A DNA stretch of 62,682 bases, filler included, from Gonapodya sp. JEL0774 (Eukaryota), in assembly GCA_027604505.1 (NCBI GenBank). It is 24 parts of 24 records of this genome, joined end to end, with 100 filler letters (N's around TTAATTAATTAA, not from the genome) between each part and the next. Parts side by side here need not be neighbours in the genome. Positions count along the whole stretch, not along the records: positions 60,186 to 62,682 come from JADIIX010001881.1; 23 more parts are not named here. One strand, written 5' to 3'. Numbering within the stretch: the first letter of the stretch is position 1; every line of letters begins with the position of its first letter. Made by a program: the position numbers and the translations under genes. Below are positions 61,034-62,682 of this stretch, piece after piece. The notes beneath the pieces are model-generated. The model ran no database searches and was not told the DNA's origin. It worked only from the letters and a program-made list of their open reading frames with translations.

Positions 61034-62682
61034 ATGAATCCAAACGCCCCGCAGCAGCTGAACAATGCGAGTCGAATGGGACGTCCATTGAACCAGCAGG
61101 CTCAGCTGTCTCCCGCCCAACTTCAGATGTTCCAGCAACTCCAAGCAGGAGCAGCTGCAGCTCAAAACGCGGGGAAAGTCTCCCAGCAGGAGCGAGCGCA
61201 GATCAACACCGTCATGTGCGTGCTTTGTATCGACTTGTCTCACGGTTTTTTTATTGTGCGGTTTTGACCTTTTGCATTGCATGATGCACTCGCGTTGTAC
61301 TCCGTATTTCGTGATCTCCTGACGTCTGGTACATACATCATGTAGGAGATCCGCGCTAAGTCACTTGCAAATCCCCATCGCAAGAATCGACCAACTGGAA
61401 AACACCATCTACGCAAATGCTGCCGATAAAGTGAGTGACGTACCCGAGCATGCCGCGCGGGGGAAACCTTGAACTGCTGCTCATTGCATACAGGCCCAAT
61501 ACGTCCAACAAATCCAAGACCTCCTCCAGCGATTCCGAGCTCAAGCATCGTCCTCGTCCAAAACCGCTGGCTCTGCCGGGGGGGGCACCAACCTCCCATT
61601 CCAGCTCGCCGGTGTCTCGGGCATCCAATCACGCGGTCCCATTCAGGTAATGCAAGGAAATCCTGCCGCGAGATTGGCTGTGCCTGGTGGTGCTGCTCCT
61701 GGTGCCATCTCGCTCGCGGGCGTGCAAGCGCAGACAAGGCCACCCCAAATGCAGATGCAGGTCCGACCGGCGGGCGGCACGAGTCTCGCGAGCGCCACCG
61801 CGTCGGGACAAAACGCGCACGTGAGTGATGCATTCGAACTGATACCCGTCGCTCCCCACGTGATCATGAACTTTGGCTCTGTCACTGCAATCCACGTTCC
61901 TACATCCCCTTCCGAATCAAAGCTCACCGCCACTCAAATCCAAAACCTCATCACATCAGTCAACCGACCCACAAACGCAAATCTCCAAGTCCGCCCCTCG
62001 ACCAACACCACCATGAACGTGGTCCAACAGCCTATCCCCATTGCCCGACCCACCAACGCAGCATCTCAAGCAGCTCAAGCCGCTAACCTACAACTCCAAC
62101 TGCAGGCCCTCATCAACAATGGAAACCTGAACGTGGCAGCGGACGGAGGACAAGGACAGATCGTGGCGGCGTTTCAGAATCAGATGCAACAGCAGCACCA
62201 GCAGAGAACACAACTCGCACAGGCCCTCGCCGCAGCCGCAACCGCCGCCGGTCGCCCTCCCATGCACGTGCCCCGTCCTCCCACTGCCCCGGCCGTCTCC
62301 ACTACGCTCACCGGACCCCAAACCCAACAGCACCTCCCCGCATCCACCCTCCGCATCCAACCCCTGTCTGATTCCGACAAGGCCCAAGTATGGCAGGAAA
62401 TCCAAGCCGTAGTAAGAGAGAAACTCGTCGAGAACGCAAAAAAAATATTGCAAGCGGTGAAAAGGGCTCCACCGGGCACGCTGAGAGCCGAGGTGGTGGA
62501 TTATGCAGTAAAGAAGTTGCCGAGTATGGTGAGTTGTGGGAGTGGGGGGCAAGTTCTGTGCCTGATGGGCCCTCCATCCGGGCCACTCCACCAACCCCCT
62601 CCCCTCTTCCCACACCGCTACCCCAGCTCTCCGCCCTGGACCAGCAATCCCTCATCTTCCAACAAGGTCGAGATGATTGCAT
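61034..62682 (+). CDS. Glutamine-rich protein with an N-terminal KIX-like helical domain (possible Mediator subunit 15), 3' truncated
   Basis: Spliced VSQQERAQINTVM-RSALSHL..IDQLENTIYANAADK-AQYVQQI resembles KIX helices and is followed by Q/P-rich exons. Confidence 0.5.

Overview
This window is not a contiguous locus. It is 24 unrelated contigs of about 2.5 kb (2537 bp falling to 2497 bp, i.e. sorted by size), joined by identical 100-bp artificial spacers (N44-TTAATTAATTAA-N44), so neighbourhood across spacers is meaningless. The DNA is eukaryotic with many short GT-AG introns and looks like a flagellated (zoosporic, chytrid-grade) fungus: a class IV chitin synthase occurs alongside the axonemal genes ZMYND10 and NME5 and ancestral genes such as MED25, TMCO3, RAB3GAP1 and a 7TM-RGS. 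Most genes are truncated at contig ends. Housekeeping fragments include glucosidase I, RPS17, zeta-COP, TOM1/HUWE1, PDK, an aldo-keto reductase, GT8, an MFS transporter, an acyl-CoA ligase, a GNAT protein, LITAF and an alpha/beta-hydrolase. Mobile DNA includes one young and several decayed Ty1/copia fragments, a hAT transposase, and two probable CAC-terminated (CACTA/CMC-like) DNA-transposon ends. The most notable items are: (1) a spliced gene encoding a beta-class DNA amino-methyltransferase-like domain with a degenerate catalytic motif, fused to an unknown, possibly ParB-like N-terminus (52387-54746); (2) a copia element whose primer-binding site matches a half tRNA-Tyr; (3) a CACTG-ended element carrying tandem BAH-like domains inserted in a copia integrase; (4) CpG loss confined to old repeats. 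All family assignments come from motif recognition by eye; no database search was run.
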